A DNA stretch of 63,825 bases, counting the filler, from Intoshia linei (Eukaryota > Animalia > Orthonectida), in assembly GCA_001642005.1 (NCBI GenBank). It is 7 parts of 7 records of this genome, joined end to end, with 100 filler letters (N's around TTAATTAATTAA, not from the genome) between each part and the next. Parts side by side here need not be neighbours in the genome. Positions count along the whole stretch, not along the records: positions 1 to 28,584 come from LWCA01000408.1; positions 28,685 to 43,295 come from LWCA01000984.1; 5 more parts are not named here. One strand, given 5' to 3'. The notes below the pieces were generated by a model that made no database searches, had not been told where the DNA came from, and saw only the letters and a program-made list of their open reading frames with translations. A program made the position numbers and the translations under genes. Positions within the stretch are counted from its first letter, which is position 1, and every line of letters begins with the position of its first letter. This document shows positions 25,958 through 40,100 of the stretch, in pieces.

Positions 25958-27442
25958 ATCTTTACAAATAAATTACTGGTTTTATAAATGTCTACAAAGT
26001 CTACAAATAATTACCTTATTTCTAAACTTATCTTGTGATAAATCTCTACAAGTTGTAAGTTTTGATGAATTTTTATGATTTGAACGGATTTTGCAGCACA
26101 AGCAGCAATTCAAAAGTCCCATTTTCTATTTAAATATGGAATATACAGAATTGCAAATATGCATCATATTTAGTATAGTCAGCTAAATAGTATTAGTGAA
26201 ATAATAAATCACAAGTAAAATTAGAATTCAATATAAATCCCACTAATTTAAATATCATTAAATTACACAAATTTGATGTAATGTTTATACAATCAGAATA
26301 TATGCTAATATTACATCTTTCACAATATGTATAGTTAAATTAATAAAATTCAATATTTAAATAATTTAAAGTGTACATTATAATTGTATATCTTTTTTGG
26401 GATGTTAAATTTAATTCGATTCCTTCTAATATTAATTTAGATCTACAATATAAACCGTTTAATGATTCTAATCAATAAATACATGTCTAATAAATCTTTT
26501 CGTAATTACTTTTCAGTTAAAAATAATTATTCAGTTTTGCAAAAGTTATAAAAAATATACAATTGAATTACCCAATATTTACCATCCGTTAACAAATGCC
26601 GGTCAGTAAAATTTTTTTTAAAATATGTAATTAAAATAAAAATTCAATAAAAATTATAGACATTTACATTAGTTATGAATTATTAAATTTATATTATCAT
26701 ATGTTTGTAACTTTATCTATAATTTCGTATTTACTGGGTCGCGAGAAATTTTATAAAAAATTACAGGTCCGCGGTGAAGAAATAGTGAGAACCCTGATAT
26801 GTATTATTATTTGATATTTAAAAGTCGTAATAAATTTTATAAATATTATTACAATGCAAGTAAATATTTAATCATGGCATGTAACATATTATTTGTGTTA
26901 TTTGTGTATAACTCAAATCAGTGGCAGGCCGCAAGTTGAAAATTTACATGAAAAGCTGTTTAATATTATGGCCGTTTTAATTACTTAATTAATATACGTA
27001 TTAATTAATTGTGTAATACTGTAGTCAGTGGTAATTAACCACATTTTAGGGGATGAAAACTTAAATTTCAATATTAGTAGATTTGTGATTTTAGATTAAT
27101 CCTATCTGCACATTTTAGTTTAAGTTATGGATATAATTATGGAGGTCTTAAATTCCTCATAATACATAATTCTCTCCACAACTCGATAACTCGTCAATTC
27201 TGTATTTTGCCATATGATTATCATTGTAATATAGAAATATTAACATTTGAAAATATAAAACTAAAAATTTGATAACCATTTTTTAAAATTAGTTACAATT
27301 TTATGTACATAAATTTTAAATCACTTTGAAATTTAAATAGCTTCTAAATGGCTAAAGAAAACTTAAATTTGTAATAACTTACTAATAATAAAATAGATAG
27401 ATAATACATTTATTTAAAAAATGGGAATCTGTATACATTACA

Positions 27443-27570
27443 TCCTTATATTCTAACTTATATAATATGCTATGCTATTTTTGTTTGTGTGTCTGTCTAT
27501 TCCACTTTATTAAAATAACTACCTGTCTTAGAATTTTATAAATTCCATATTTCAATTACAGTTTTTTCAT
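27443..27570 (+). mobile_element. Helitron 5' terminus fragment
   Basis: A|TCCTTAT..CTTATATAATATGCTA..GTGTGTCTGT; about 120 bp closely similar to 47978-48095. Confidence 0.6.
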
Positions 27571-27599
27571 TACTTATTTTCAGTACAGTACTCATACTA

Positions 27600-28340
27600 G
27601 AATAATTGTAAATGTAGTTATTGTTATCTACATTACTCCTCCCCTGTTGAAAAGGTGACATAATCATGTAGACGAGGTGGCAGTGTAGGATTTCTGTTTC
27701 TTCTTGAGAGTAAAGGATTTATTATTGTTATTTTAGGATCATTTTCAATTGGTTTGTTAGAGCGGCTTCGATATGGCATTTGTTGCTTTGATAACATCGG
27801 AAGATTTTTTTCATAGTTACAATAATGATGAGATGGTTTATGCGGGACCATTTTGTCGTGATTTTTCTTGACGCGGATATTGTGCTTAGTTTTATGTAAA
27901 TCTGCGTTGTTATTAATTTTTGCACGAATTATTTGGTTCAAATTTGATATGGGCATTGTCATTGTTTTCCCGTAAACCATTTCTGATGGAGAAACTTAAT
28001 TTCTAGAGTCAAGGGATTTTCTCAAACTCATTAATAAAAATGGTATTAATTTATCCCAATCATCTTCTTTTTAAAGAGTACGTAGTTTATCTCGAATAGT
28101 GCGATTCAGTCTTTCGACTAATCCAGTGGTTGTGTGATGATATGGTATTCCGATGCGATGGTGAATTTTACATTGTGAACAAATTTCTTGCATTAATTTA
28201 GATTCGAACTAAGAGCCACAATCAGTTTGTATGCATTCGGATATTATGTTATCTATGATAGCTTGAGCCACTGTAATTGCTGTGCAATCTGGTATGGGGA
28301 TAGCTTCTACCCAATTAGTATAGTGGTCTACCATTGATAA
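27600..28340 (-). mobile_element. Ty3/Gypsy LTR retrotransposon fragment: integrase core, polypurine tract and start of the 3' LTR
   Basis: Minus-strand translation VDHYTNWVEAIPIPD..IQTDCGS*FES..PYHHTTTGLVERLNRTI..SPSEMVYG (D,D,E integrase with stops). PPT AGGGGAGGAG is followed closely by TGTAG at 27632. Confidence 0.88.
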
Positions 28341-28584
28341 TTAGTTAATTAATTACTTAGAATTTTCCAAGTATATTAATTTCCCAAATTAATTGACATA
28401 ATTACGAACATAATTAATATTTTTAAGTATTTATTAAATTGGTATTAAATATATATCATCACTAGGGGTATGAATGAATTTTTCGATTTTGTCGAACGCC
28501 TAAATAAACTATCTCCAATTAACATAGTTATCCCAAAACAGCGCAATCTTCAACAGCATACTTTTACGAAATACTACAAAAACT

Positions 28585-28684
28585 NNNNNNNNNNNNNNNN
28601 NNNNNNNNNNNNNNNNNNNNNNNNNNNNTTAATTAATTAANNNNNNNNNNNNNNNNNNNNNNNNNNNNNNNNNNNNNNNNNNNN
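28585..28684. other. Artificial contig spacer (also at 43296-43395, 55188-55287, 57372-57471, 58820-58919, 62669-62768)
   Basis: Six identical blocks of 44 N + TTAATTAATTAA (stops in all six frames) + 44 N. Confidence 0.97.
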
Positions 28685-29788
28685 ACATATCGTAATATAG
28701 TTTTTTTGCATATTTAGATTTCATAGAATATAATATGTGTTGATCCATCGGCTGTGAAACCGACGTGGTATTCGGTGGTAAATATACGATTTTTATTAAC
28801 CCCTCTTCTGATTCTAAAGGATCATAAAATATGTGTGAAGCTGCATTATCCACAACCAACAATGCTGTTGCTGGTACATTTGACTTTTTTGAAAAATTCT
28901 TTACTGACTCAACGAAATCGTTCAAAAGCCAGTTTTTAAATACTTCACGTGTCATCCATCCTTTACTTGATGATTGATATATTACTGGCAACTCTATATT
29001 CTTGATAGAACGCGGGTTTTTGGCTTTTCCTAATACTAATAATTTTAATTTATTAGACCCATCACTATTACTGCATGCTATTGCAGTTAATCTGCTCTTG
29101 TCAGATTTAGTTCCTTTTATTTCATGTTCATTTGAATGGATTAATGAGCTTCTATCTAGTTTCTTCCAATAGAATTCTGTTTCATCAGCATTATAAATCT
29201 GAGAATCGTTTAAACCCATTTATATGGATAGTTCTAAAATTTTTTCTTTAAATGTTTCGATCCCACTCATGTCCCCGGAACATTTCCTTAATATTATACC
29301 ATGTCTTCTTTAAAATTTGTATAACCACCCTACACTAGCATTAAATGCTGCGGTAGATCTACATCTCTTTATCTACTATCATCTAGAAATTATATTCTAC
29401 ATTTTATAAACCAATAGAATAATGCCTCTTCCGTTTTAGGATATAAGGATTTTCTAAAATTTTTGCGTTCTTTAAAATTTATATAAAAAATTTTAGAAGA
29501 ATTAATCAATTTGTCTTTATTCTTTTTTATGTAATAAATAGTACTCCTTGATACTTCATATTTATTAGATAATTCAGATGGTTTCATTCCACTATTAATA
29601 TCCTTTAAAATTTTCAGTTTTTGTGATATATTTAAATACATTATGGACAAAATTAAATGATAGTAACTTTTTTACAAATTTGAAACCTACAAATTACAAA
29701 GAAAAATAAACTTCAGATTTTGTCTATATATCGTGAATAATTTGACATTTTGTCAAAATATCGTGTGTAAGATATCGAGAATAACCTG
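28685..29788 (-). mobile_element. pogo/Tigger transposon, 5' part, with disrupted CENP-B-like transposase
   Basis: TA|CAGGTTATTCTCGATATC end at 29788; HTH-psq ORF 29650-29390; DDE_1 ORF with YNADET, LLVVDNAASH and LPPNTTSVSQPMDQ. Frame broken around 29390-29220. The same TIR recurs at 18772-18788. Confidence 0.9.
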
Positions 29789-30239
29789 TACATCAATTTT
29801 TACCAGTTTTACTTCAATTTATTAAGATTTTAAATACTTGGCAAATCTAACGAGCATCGCTTTTTATTGTCAGTATATGAATTTGTATATTGCCAGTTAT
29901 CTAGACATCTACAATACTGTTTTTATGTTAAAAATATTAATATGAAACGCCCGCCCTAAATGGTTAGTGGATATATACTATTGGAATCTGATTTAAATTG
30001 AAAATTAACAAATTAATATATTTTCGTTCAAAATACTTAGATGGAATTAAAATTAAAAGTGTCAATGTCAATCATAATTAGTTGTTAATTACAATTAATG
30101 TTAATTTATATAAATAATCTCGATAATCTATTTAAATGCACTAAATTGATTCAAGTAGGGCATTATATGAAGATATAAAATTCATAAAAGTACAAAGAAA
30201 AGGAATTGGATCGATAGGTAGGTATTCCAATAAACCTCA

Positions 30240-31656
30240 TTTGTATAAAAGACCCCTTAAATTAAATAAAACAAAGGAACAACTAAGCCAACAAAATATT
30301 TATTTCAAAGTTCAAAGTGGAAGCTATGATAGAAATGACTATATATATTATGATAGAATGATTAGAAATTACTTATCTGAAACATCTCATACATGTATAA
30401 ATGATTATAGTTATGAAAATGTGAAATATCTGATAATTTGAGCCAATGTGCCTTTCTAAAATAGTTTCTAATAGAGCAGCTGGTTCTTTTATGAAGTTAT
30501 CCCATGAAACCATGCCGATATTAAATCTGTTGACATTTATTTTGACGGTAAAAATTCGATAAAGAAAGATTAGCCGTCGTTATAGTGGCTATAGACTCTG
30601 GACTAGAAGTTGTATTGGTTGATGTCGAACAACCAAACGGAAAATATATCACGATTGCCAATTCTGTTATTGCTGTTTTAAATGATTGTGGTTTAATAAA
30701 ACGAGTGGTGAGTTTATCATATGATACGACAGCAGCCAACACTGGAAGGATGAGGGGAAGTGTAGATTACTTACAAAAAATGTTTCCTCAAAATCTAATC
30801 TTACTTCCCTGTCGACATCATATTTTTGAGCTGATAATGAAATCTGTGTTTATAGAATTGTTCTGGAATCATTTACACCACACGTACCCGGTTACGATTT
30901 TATGAAAAATGTGAATAATGTCTATCTTAAATTTAGGAATATATAATGATTTTCATGATTTGACTTTCATTGAATCTTTTAGTTTAAACATGGATTACGC
31001 TAAATCGGTCATTTGTCGAAAGCAGTGTCTTCGAGATGATTATAAAGTTTGTTGCACCTTAATATTACGAATTATGTTTCGTGGTCAATTGACTCTAAGA
31101 AAACCGGGCCTGTGTCAAAGGCAAGATGGATGTTTCATATATTATATTGTGATAAATCCTATATATTGGGATTTAATCAAACTGATGAGGCAAAATGTTT
31201 CATTTTATGGTTTTCAATGGTTATTTACCGTTATAGTTGAAGGTCGCTGATACACAAAAAGCTAGAATCAATGACATGTCCATAATTTTTGATTGATCCA
31301 TGACTTCATCAAGGATGTGAAATGCGTGAAAAATGCTCCTTCTGTCAATGATTCAGCTTAATGAGCATTAATGAAATACAAAAAAAGCCATTAAAATTTC
31401 AAAAATCGAAGAGGATGTTCAGAACAATTGTATCAATTATTAATTTTTTTAAATAACAACAATAATAAATCATAAATAAAAATTTAATAAAGTTACTTCA
31501 AAAAAAAATTATCGTAAAAGTTTGATTGCTTCCTGCATGGTGAATTCTCATTAATTTTCTGAATAAATTTAGGATACTTATTATTGCATTCATAAGAATA
31601 GATTTATCCCTGAGCATCATCGCAAAACTCAAATTTTTAAAAAAATGTGACACTAA
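30240..31656 (+). mobile_element. Decayed hAT-superfamily (hATm-like) transposase
   Basis: Frameshifted motifs FDGK..ERLAV, SYDTTAANTG, LPCRHHIFEL, RDDYK and GPVSKARWM. The end AAAATGTGACACTAA resembles the reverse complement of TTAGGGTGTCACA at 53111. Confidence 0.75.
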
Positions 31657-32341
31657 TGTACATATTCATTTTAATTCAAATTGAAAAGTTTAAATCAGAT
31701 TTTATTCAATATTTATATCAAAAAGTTACATTTTTGACATTGGCCACTTTCTAAAAAGGGATTTGGACTTTCTCAGTATCAAAGTAAATTTTGTGCGGCC
31801 GTAGTATCAATAAATAAAGTAGCTTTGTGACTGAAAGTTTAGAAAGGTGGTGTACCCCTGTCCTAGACACTTATCTAATGATCTTTACTTAACATTTTTA
31901 AATTCAACACACAAAAAAGTTATCATATTCAAGATTATAATTTTTCAATGCTCAATTTGGAAAAATGAGCCCGAAGAGGAGTTTGCTGTACGGTAGATTC
32001 GACACAGTGTGAAAGTGTCAATTTTTGAATTTGAAATTTATCTTGCATTCTTCAACGGAAAAAACTGATTTGGTAATATTTTTTCGAAATTTCTGGGACT
32101 GTTAGTTTTCTCAATAAATGGTTACACACCTACATACGTATTTTAGAAACTTTTAATTAACAAAAGTAAGAATTTACGAGTTCAAATTATTATAAAATAT
32201 GATAATCTACTTATTCGAATAATGAATTAGTTAATTCATTCTGTATAATAAATTAAAGTAAAGCTTCGTTTGTGTTAGATCTATCTGGGTGTTGCAGATT
32301 GTATATCCTGCAAATGAACTAGATTATATAAATTTTTTTAG

Positions 32342-34252
32342 AAAATGCCACTATATGAGGATTTGATATACAACATAAAATATATATTCAAAAAATCCAT
32401 TTTAATAGCCATTAAAACACATGACAGCACAAATATCAATGAAAAATTACTGGTTAATACGAGTCGAGTTCTATGCAAATTTTCTCACGAATATGATGAA
32501 TCTATTCAATTTTTATACAACCAATTGGAACAAAATATTTCCTATTCAAAAAAGAATAAAGTAACATTTAGATTACACATATAAGTTTAAACCAGGGGTT
32601 CCTACACTTTTTTTAAGGCGAACGGTAATAAATTATAAAATTTACCGAGGAACATTAAAGTCAAATTACTACATTGCAACATTAATAAATTTTGATGAAA
32701 AAAATAATAAATTGACTTGCAATTAGTAAAAATTTTCCACAGACCCGTACTGGTCCGCGAAGCGGCGTTTGGGAAACGCTGCTTTATACTATAAAATTCT
32801 CTCTAAAAATCGCTATCAATTTTTAAATTTTAACTTTCAATTTTTTATGAACTTTAATTTCCAGGAATGGCGAGTTGTAGAGAGATTACTGTTCATTCTT
32901 ATCAAATAGTAAGAAAATTATTACATTAAAGTTTTACAATGACAAAATTTATATTTGAACATGAATAATCTTTTTATAATTAAAATTAGATACTCATATC
33001 TCTTGTCGAACATTTATCACATTTTACTCCAAAACTATTTCAAAGTCTTGTTAATCAAATCAATCATGCTACAAGTCCTGATTATCGCAAAAAAGCATTC
33101 GATATGTTAAACTTATACGGTATATTCAAATTAATTGTCCTCGAAATGGGATGTGTAGGAGTTGAACTGATTCAACTTCTAAATGCAGTCTTACTAACTA
33201 TAAAAACCCCATATGTATAATATAGACAACATAATAATACACAATGTATATTGTACAATGTACAAAGATTCCACTAATTATAACAAACCATTATATTGAC
33301 TTCCGATTACTGTATAAACATATTTTTATTTGTAATAATATAAGACAGAATAAAATATGAAATTATTATACGAGTCTACTTAGAGTTATAATAAATTTAT
33401 AGATATATCTCAATTAAAGCTATTAATGGAGGAAAATACAAATGAATATCAAATTTTGGTTTCAAGGATGTATGATGAGCCAGACGTGGTAATGTTACTA
33501 GCTATTGATTCAAATCTTAATGGTTCATAATTATAATAGAGCCAAAAAATAGTATTTACGTTACCATCTGGTTAATTAGAGTAAAATAAATTAATCTAGA
33601 AACTATGTAAAATTTAGTAAAAACAAACCTTAAATCCTTCAATTTCTATTTTTTCTAGCTTATAAATTGTTTTACGATAACCTTGAAACCTAAGGCTAAG
33701 TAGTTGATTCACCAGAATTGCAAATTAATATTTATGTAAAATTTTCAAAAAGTAATATAAAATGCATAAATTTAGAAAGTGAGGCAAGAAGCGAGTTACA
33801 TATTCTATCGCACAGAAATGTACAGAACAATAAAGGAAAATGCAATAAAGTAAAATTTAAATAAATATTATGAGACGAACTTTTAATCAAACCTACACTT
33901 GTATTTTTATAAATATTAACATGTAAATTAAATTTACATTCATGAGTATAGAAATTTACAATCTGAAAGTCCCATTACACGCGAAAATGCAATAATATGC
34001 TTAGTAAGTAATATCTATATTATCATTTATTGTAATTATATAGGAATCTCTTGGAATAGTAGATAAAATTATTTTGAAAGCAATTTCTGAACTGGCTCAA
34101 TTGGATCCAGTTAAATCTGTTCGTGAAAATGTAATTATGCATTGTGATAGTGAAAAAAGATTTCATTATTTTTATTACTAAAATCTAATTAGGCATCAAA
34201 ATACCCAATTTCAGCACTCGCCAACAAGAAACTAATTAAACTTAAATTGTAA
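32342..34252 (+). CDS. Uncharacterised HEAT/ARM-repeat protein, multi-exon
   Basis: Chain of AG..GT exons (32342-32560, 32865-32907, 32990-33213, 33403-33488, 33952-34004, 34044-34130, 34193-34252). They encode helical repeats such as LQSESPITRENAIICLESLGIVDKIILKAISELAQLDPVKSVRENAS. 5' end uncertain. Confidence 0.6.
32593..32781. mobile_element. Intronic hAT-type MITE
   Basis: CAGGGGTTCC.. / ..GGGAAACGCTG ends; flanks GTTTAAAC / CTTTATAC. Confidence 0.6.
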
Positions 34253-34336
34253 CACATTAAATTTTAAATTTTGTAATTTTTATTTAAAATTATTTAAACT
34301 ATAAAAATAAAATAACATTGTAAAAAACAAAAACAT

Positions 34337-36268
34337 TTACAATTCATGTAAATGGACAATTTGATTATAAAACGAAAAAATGTCGATGCAAAAATTCTTT
34401 TCCAAGAAAAGATTGTTGTGATCACATTCATGGTAGTTATACATTTTTTTGAATGATCCATGATCGCTTCCAGCTTTCTATAATACATTTAAAAATAAAT
34501 AAAATGATAATAGTCCCAAGCATCCGCAATAGTAATAAAATATTGAAAATCAATGAATTATAAAAACTAGAAATTGACAAAAAACTATCCAATTTTAGCA
34601 CCAATTCATGAGTGGACAATGTAGACATAAAATTGGAACCAATAATGTTACAATATACACACAAAACTATTACTATAGGTTTATGGATACATTTTAAAAT
34701 ATACCTCATATAGAGAATTCATCATATGTTTAGGTACAATATTGTCATTAGAACAAGACAAAAACAACATTGAGTAAGGAATTTTTTGAATTGTGTCAAT
34801 TGAATTAAACTAAAAATTGAAAAAATTAAAGGTTTTTATCATAAGATTTGTTAAAATCGGATTTTTCAAAAAACTATTAAAAAAAGAAAATATTTCCTTA
34901 AAGCGTTGATAAAATTTGATTTTTATTTTGGGTTTTTGATTAGAAAGTTGACATAAGATTTGTGAAAATATCACCTTATTGCGTAATACGAATTTCGGAG
35001 CATAATGGATAAACAATTTCAAAATTGGAAACATATTAGAACCCATTTCACGAGTTGATGTAAACGTATTTTGAATGATCAAAAAGTATGGATCAATTTT
35101 TGGAGCTAAAAAATTAAAATTAAAAACCAACATACAATGTACTAAAATGTAATGTAAATGTTTATCTCCTTTAGAGAGGTTTGGTATGGTACATTGATGA
35201 TAAAGCGCATTTGCAAATAACCAAATATCAAAAATACACAATAAAAATTTTTTAACTTTAAAATATGCACTTCAATTTAAATTTATTTAAAATTTACAGA
35301 AAAAAATCATAAAAAAACGAACAGGGATAACACAAGCTTTGCTTATATATTGTTGAAAGCCCCAGGTCAATTCATTGCCTTGAAAATTTTATATTCATTT
35401 TGTCACTTAGAATGATTATTACATTCAGTAATGCAAACATACACGCTATTAATAGTATGTAATCTAAATAACATACCAAGGGTTTTATTTATAAACCATC
35501 TATTTAAGGCGCCAACTAAAACAGCACCACCAAGCGAATGACCATACATAACAATTTTATTTTGATCAATATCTTTTCTGGATAAGAGATGACTGTATCC
35601 AGCGTCAACATCGTTATATAAACCTAAAAAATGTACATTGATAAAATTCGAATAAATGGTACCATCTTCAGATGGGTATCCAGAACTTTTACCATAACCT
35701 CTATAATCGAGCAAAAAAACATTAAAAATTTTCATTTTGTATAAAATATCCATTACATATATTCTAAAAAACGAAATAAAATTAAACGGTCTACTTAAAA
35801 AATTATATGCAAACCTGTCATGTATGGTACCAGCATTGCCGTGCAAGTAAAAAATAGTTGCACTAGTATTTTTTGCATTCTCATCCTGCTGATAATCAAG
35901 TTGATACTCTTTACTATCGCAATAATAACAATGTAATTTTTCCTTGTCGGTAGTTTCAATAAAAAATTGTTGTAAATTTAGATACGATGGAATTTTTACA
36001 TCGTTTTCTAACATATAAAATCTGGCATAAATCAAAACATCTTGAAAGTAATACAAGAAAACTAAAATATTAAAATGAAAAAATAAAGTGGTACATTAGT
36101 GGAGAATAGACAAGACGTAAAATTTAATTAAAACAAAATAATACTCATTGTTGATGTTAATGCCATCATTCCATATATTGGTTCTCTTCCAGATATGAAA
36201 TATGTTGATACCAATGCAGTCGTACAACCAAAAATTAATGATATCTTGTTTGTTTGAAAGAATGACAT
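34337..36268 (-). CDS. ABHD13: Alpha/beta hydrolase ABHD13-like (Bem46 family), multi-exon
   Basis: N-terminal TM, YYFQDVLIY, YLHGNAG, LDYRGYGKSSGYPSEDG, nucleophile GHSLGG, QNTFTS, acid SNDNIVPKHMM and His in CDHNN. ATG at 36268, TAA at 34339-34337. Confidence 0.88.
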
Positions 36269-37151
36269 TATAATTGTTTTACAAAAATAATAAATGTATT
36301 TAAAATTTGATGGATGATAAAAATTTTTAACATTTCAATTCTAATTAAAATTCATGTATATTTGTACCATAACAACTCTTGTTATTATTCACAAATGAAT
36401 AATAATTTATTGTAAAACGTAGTTATAGACTTATATTTAAGTATTGGTTACCTGATGATTATAATTTGTACTAATTTGTAAAATAATTGTATTACAGTTT
36501 ATTGTCAGTGAGAATTTATCAAAAATTTGTGTAAATTAAATCAGTCATCTTGAATTGAATTTATGACGTTTTAAAAGTACAGTGAAGTAAAAATTACGCA
36601 AATTTTGTAGAAGTTAGTGCAATGTATCAATAAAAAATTTTAACATGTTAAAAGTTTTAATTTAAAATAATACGTTGACACCACTTCAGAAACTAACTCG
36701 CACCACCTGAAAATGAATACTAGTATCATATGAAAATTTTGAGAAATGGTTCATAATGTCATATAGCACCACTCGCCTCTCCAATGGTCCAATCTTGATA
36801 TTTATAAATTTAGCGCACAAAATAGTTATGAATTATATGATATTCAAAAGTATAATTTTTTTAATCAATTTAATTAATTTGGAAGAACGAAGCCACGTTT
36901 TACAAAAATTTCGTTAAACCTCCCATGAGGTGTCTGGGAGTACGGTAGGTTCCACTCTTGTTAACACAATGGTAGAGAATAGCCTTTCCATATCTTATAA
37001 TGCGGGGTAATATGTTAATTTGTAGATTTATTTTGATTTGAAAATACTTTTACTTAAATTTTAATTTTATCACTAACAATTTGTAAATTAAAATTAAAAT
37101 CTAAATTTGCGTGTAAATGAATTAAAAATGAATCAACATTCATTTATTTTA

Positions 37152-40100
37152 ATGGATATTTTAAATAACATTCAAGGTAAATTTTTTTTAATAAATTCAT
37201 GGTTAGGTAATAAAATCCTTTCAAAAAGTGTTTTATGTGTTAATTGGAAAAGGCTCTATTAGCTATGGTTTTTTTTAAATTCTAAGACTTAATTGTGTTT
37301 TTTCGTTTTTTAAAATAGTGGGTAATTTGGGCATTTGACCGTTAACGTGCCAATTTTTGAGATTGAAATTTATCGTATTTTCTACGCAGAAAAAAACTGA
37401 CTGAAAGTTTTTGTTTTCAATATTTCTGGGATTGTTATTTATATAAACAAATACAGTAGTTACACAGACAAAAACATTTCTAACAAATTTTACTTTATAT
37501 AATTAGGATAAGTTCATTTTCGGCATTAAATTTTGAAAAGTGTTTAAAAACAGGGTAAGGATAAATACAACTGTTTACTAAAAATAATTGTAATTGATTA
37601 ATTACAGTTAAAGAAATGATACATTTCAGTGATGAAAAAAGGTGTGTTTTCGTTTTATAAATGATCATTTGATATTTTTTTAACACTTAATAAATTAAAA
37701 ATCTTTAAATTAATAGATTACACGAATTCCACGATTTTTCCAAATTCAGAGTTGTCGAAGCAATCATTTTTGTATATTACGTAAATCCCGATACATAGCC
37801 CAGCCTACCAAGCTCCAGGTCACCCGAAAATAAAAAATAGGGTTAAAAAAAATTAAATATTTTTTTGCTAATACTATGATGCGTACTATGCATTGCATAG
37901 TTGCATATAGTCTTACCACACCGTCAAGGCTATTGAATTGACAGTTTAAATTGAAAAGAAAAAATATTTATGATGTTCAAGAATATAATTTTCTCAACTG
38001 AAAAATAAGGCTTCAATTTTGAGAAAACCAAATATGGGTTCTGGTACGTAGGTTCGGCACTACATTTGTTAGTTTGGATGTTTAAAACCTGATATACGTC
38101 TATTTTAATATACATGTAGTGTAAAAATACATTTACATTCAGTTAATCCGATACTTATATAAAATCGAGTGTCTGTGTGTAACCTTTTATTGAAAAAACT
38201 GACTGTCGCAAAATTTAAAAAAACACAATTTCTAATACCGTTTTTACCAGGATGTGTTTTTATCCATGTTTCAGTTTCAGAATTTGAGTCCTTCAGGGTC
38301 GTAAACCAAAGTTCTCCTTTTGTTTAAAAAAAATTCAGCCCAAAATCAACCAAATAATTTAATAAAACATACATTCTGGAACGCGTTTTAAAATCATTAA
38401 CATTGTCGTTAATCTCAGTCCCAGAAACGCATACCTTTATGGTCAAAACCACAAATTATCCTTTGTTTTAAAAATAAAACATATCCTAAAATTTTTTAAA
38501 ACATAAATTCTGGGATAGTTTTTAAAATCATAAACGTTATCATAAATGGAAACCACAAAAAAAATAATTTGTCAGATGAAAAACTACATTACCATTTTTT
38601 TTTTAAAAATGAAAACAGCCATATAATTTAAAAAAAAACAGATGGTATAGTTGTATCCTGTTAAGACACACAAAAAGTTTCAATTTCAATAAGTGACGCC
38701 TTCACGGTCAAAAAAGTACTTTAATATTTATTTTTTTTTATTTCGAAATTATTTTATTAACAAAAAATTTGAATAAATAATGATTCTACAATTAAAAAAA
38801 AATTATTCTGATAGAGCTTATTTCATTTGATATAATTGCAAAATTTTAACCCCAGAAGTCTATTCATTCTTATTGAAAAATAATTTTTAATATATTATCA
38901 ACCAATATTTTTCAAATGTTGGATTCAAAACTAAAAATGAAAAAGTAAAATAATCATCCTACAATTTCCAATAAATAAATATGAGTGGAAATCTATTTAA
39001 TTTATTCCTTCGGAATTTTTTTCATTGCTACGCAATTTTTCAATCTCAAATTCTCATTTTCAAAACATTTTGTTTAAAATTTAAATTAAACTACAAGAAC
39101 GAATTACTAAAAGTAATACAACTTTGTTATCATCATTTTTATATTTATTACAATGCTTTGCAATATTGGTAAAATTTGACTAAAATATGTTTATAAAGTT
39201 AAGATTCGGTTAATTATTGATACATAATTGGTATTTTTAAGTATTTATTAAATTGGTACTGAATATATATTATCACATTGAAAATTACAATAGGTTTTTA
39301 CAATTTTATTTTTTCTGGAATTTATGATAATTTTTAGGATTGGACTGTTTTTACTTTATTTTTAATATTATACACACATTCTGTCTAATAAATTAAAAAT
39401 TCTTTACACATATGTTCTATTTATAAATAAAATTAATTTAGATGATGAAGCTTTGATTGAAACGTATTTTTTATACCGTATGTTCATCAGAGTCGTACAG
39501 AGGGCTAGGTCCATATGACGGCCCTATCTTCACGGTGGTATTATTATTTTAAGGCCCCTACTTTATATTATTTTTAAATTAATATTTGATGTTGGAAAAA
39601 TTTATCCAATGGAATTTTTACTCCATTAGGGTAACGCTAAAAAAAAGTTTGGCTATCGCAGAATTAAACAATTAATAATTGAAAAAAATTTAATTTTTAA
39701 TGTGTATTTATGGACATGCAATTTTTATTTGACCCGGAGCACTATTGGCTCTCCACGGTCCTGATGATATTTGAACATTGATAAATTTATTTTTATGTTA
39801 TTTAAACTAATAATAATTTCAGATTGCACTTTTTTTATCCAAAATATGCATTAGAAGCGTTAGATATTGTGGATAGAAGTATTATTACAATGTATACATC
39901 ATCGTCTGGCAGATTTTTTTATAAGGTTTATTTACATCATGGTTTTACATCATTTTACAGCTATATTTTATAAACTTTAATAATACAATATAAAAAAAAA
40001 TAGATCTACAATATGTTGAATATGCCCGATTAATTAGCTATTTATCATTTGATTATTTTTAGATTGATAAAGAAGATAAAATATTTGTAATATTAAGCTT

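Noticed and set aside
28629-28640. TTAATTAATTAA as a biological motif (piggyBac site or homeodomain site)
   Set aside because: Always centred in 44+44 Ns; it is a synthetic six-frame stop linker.
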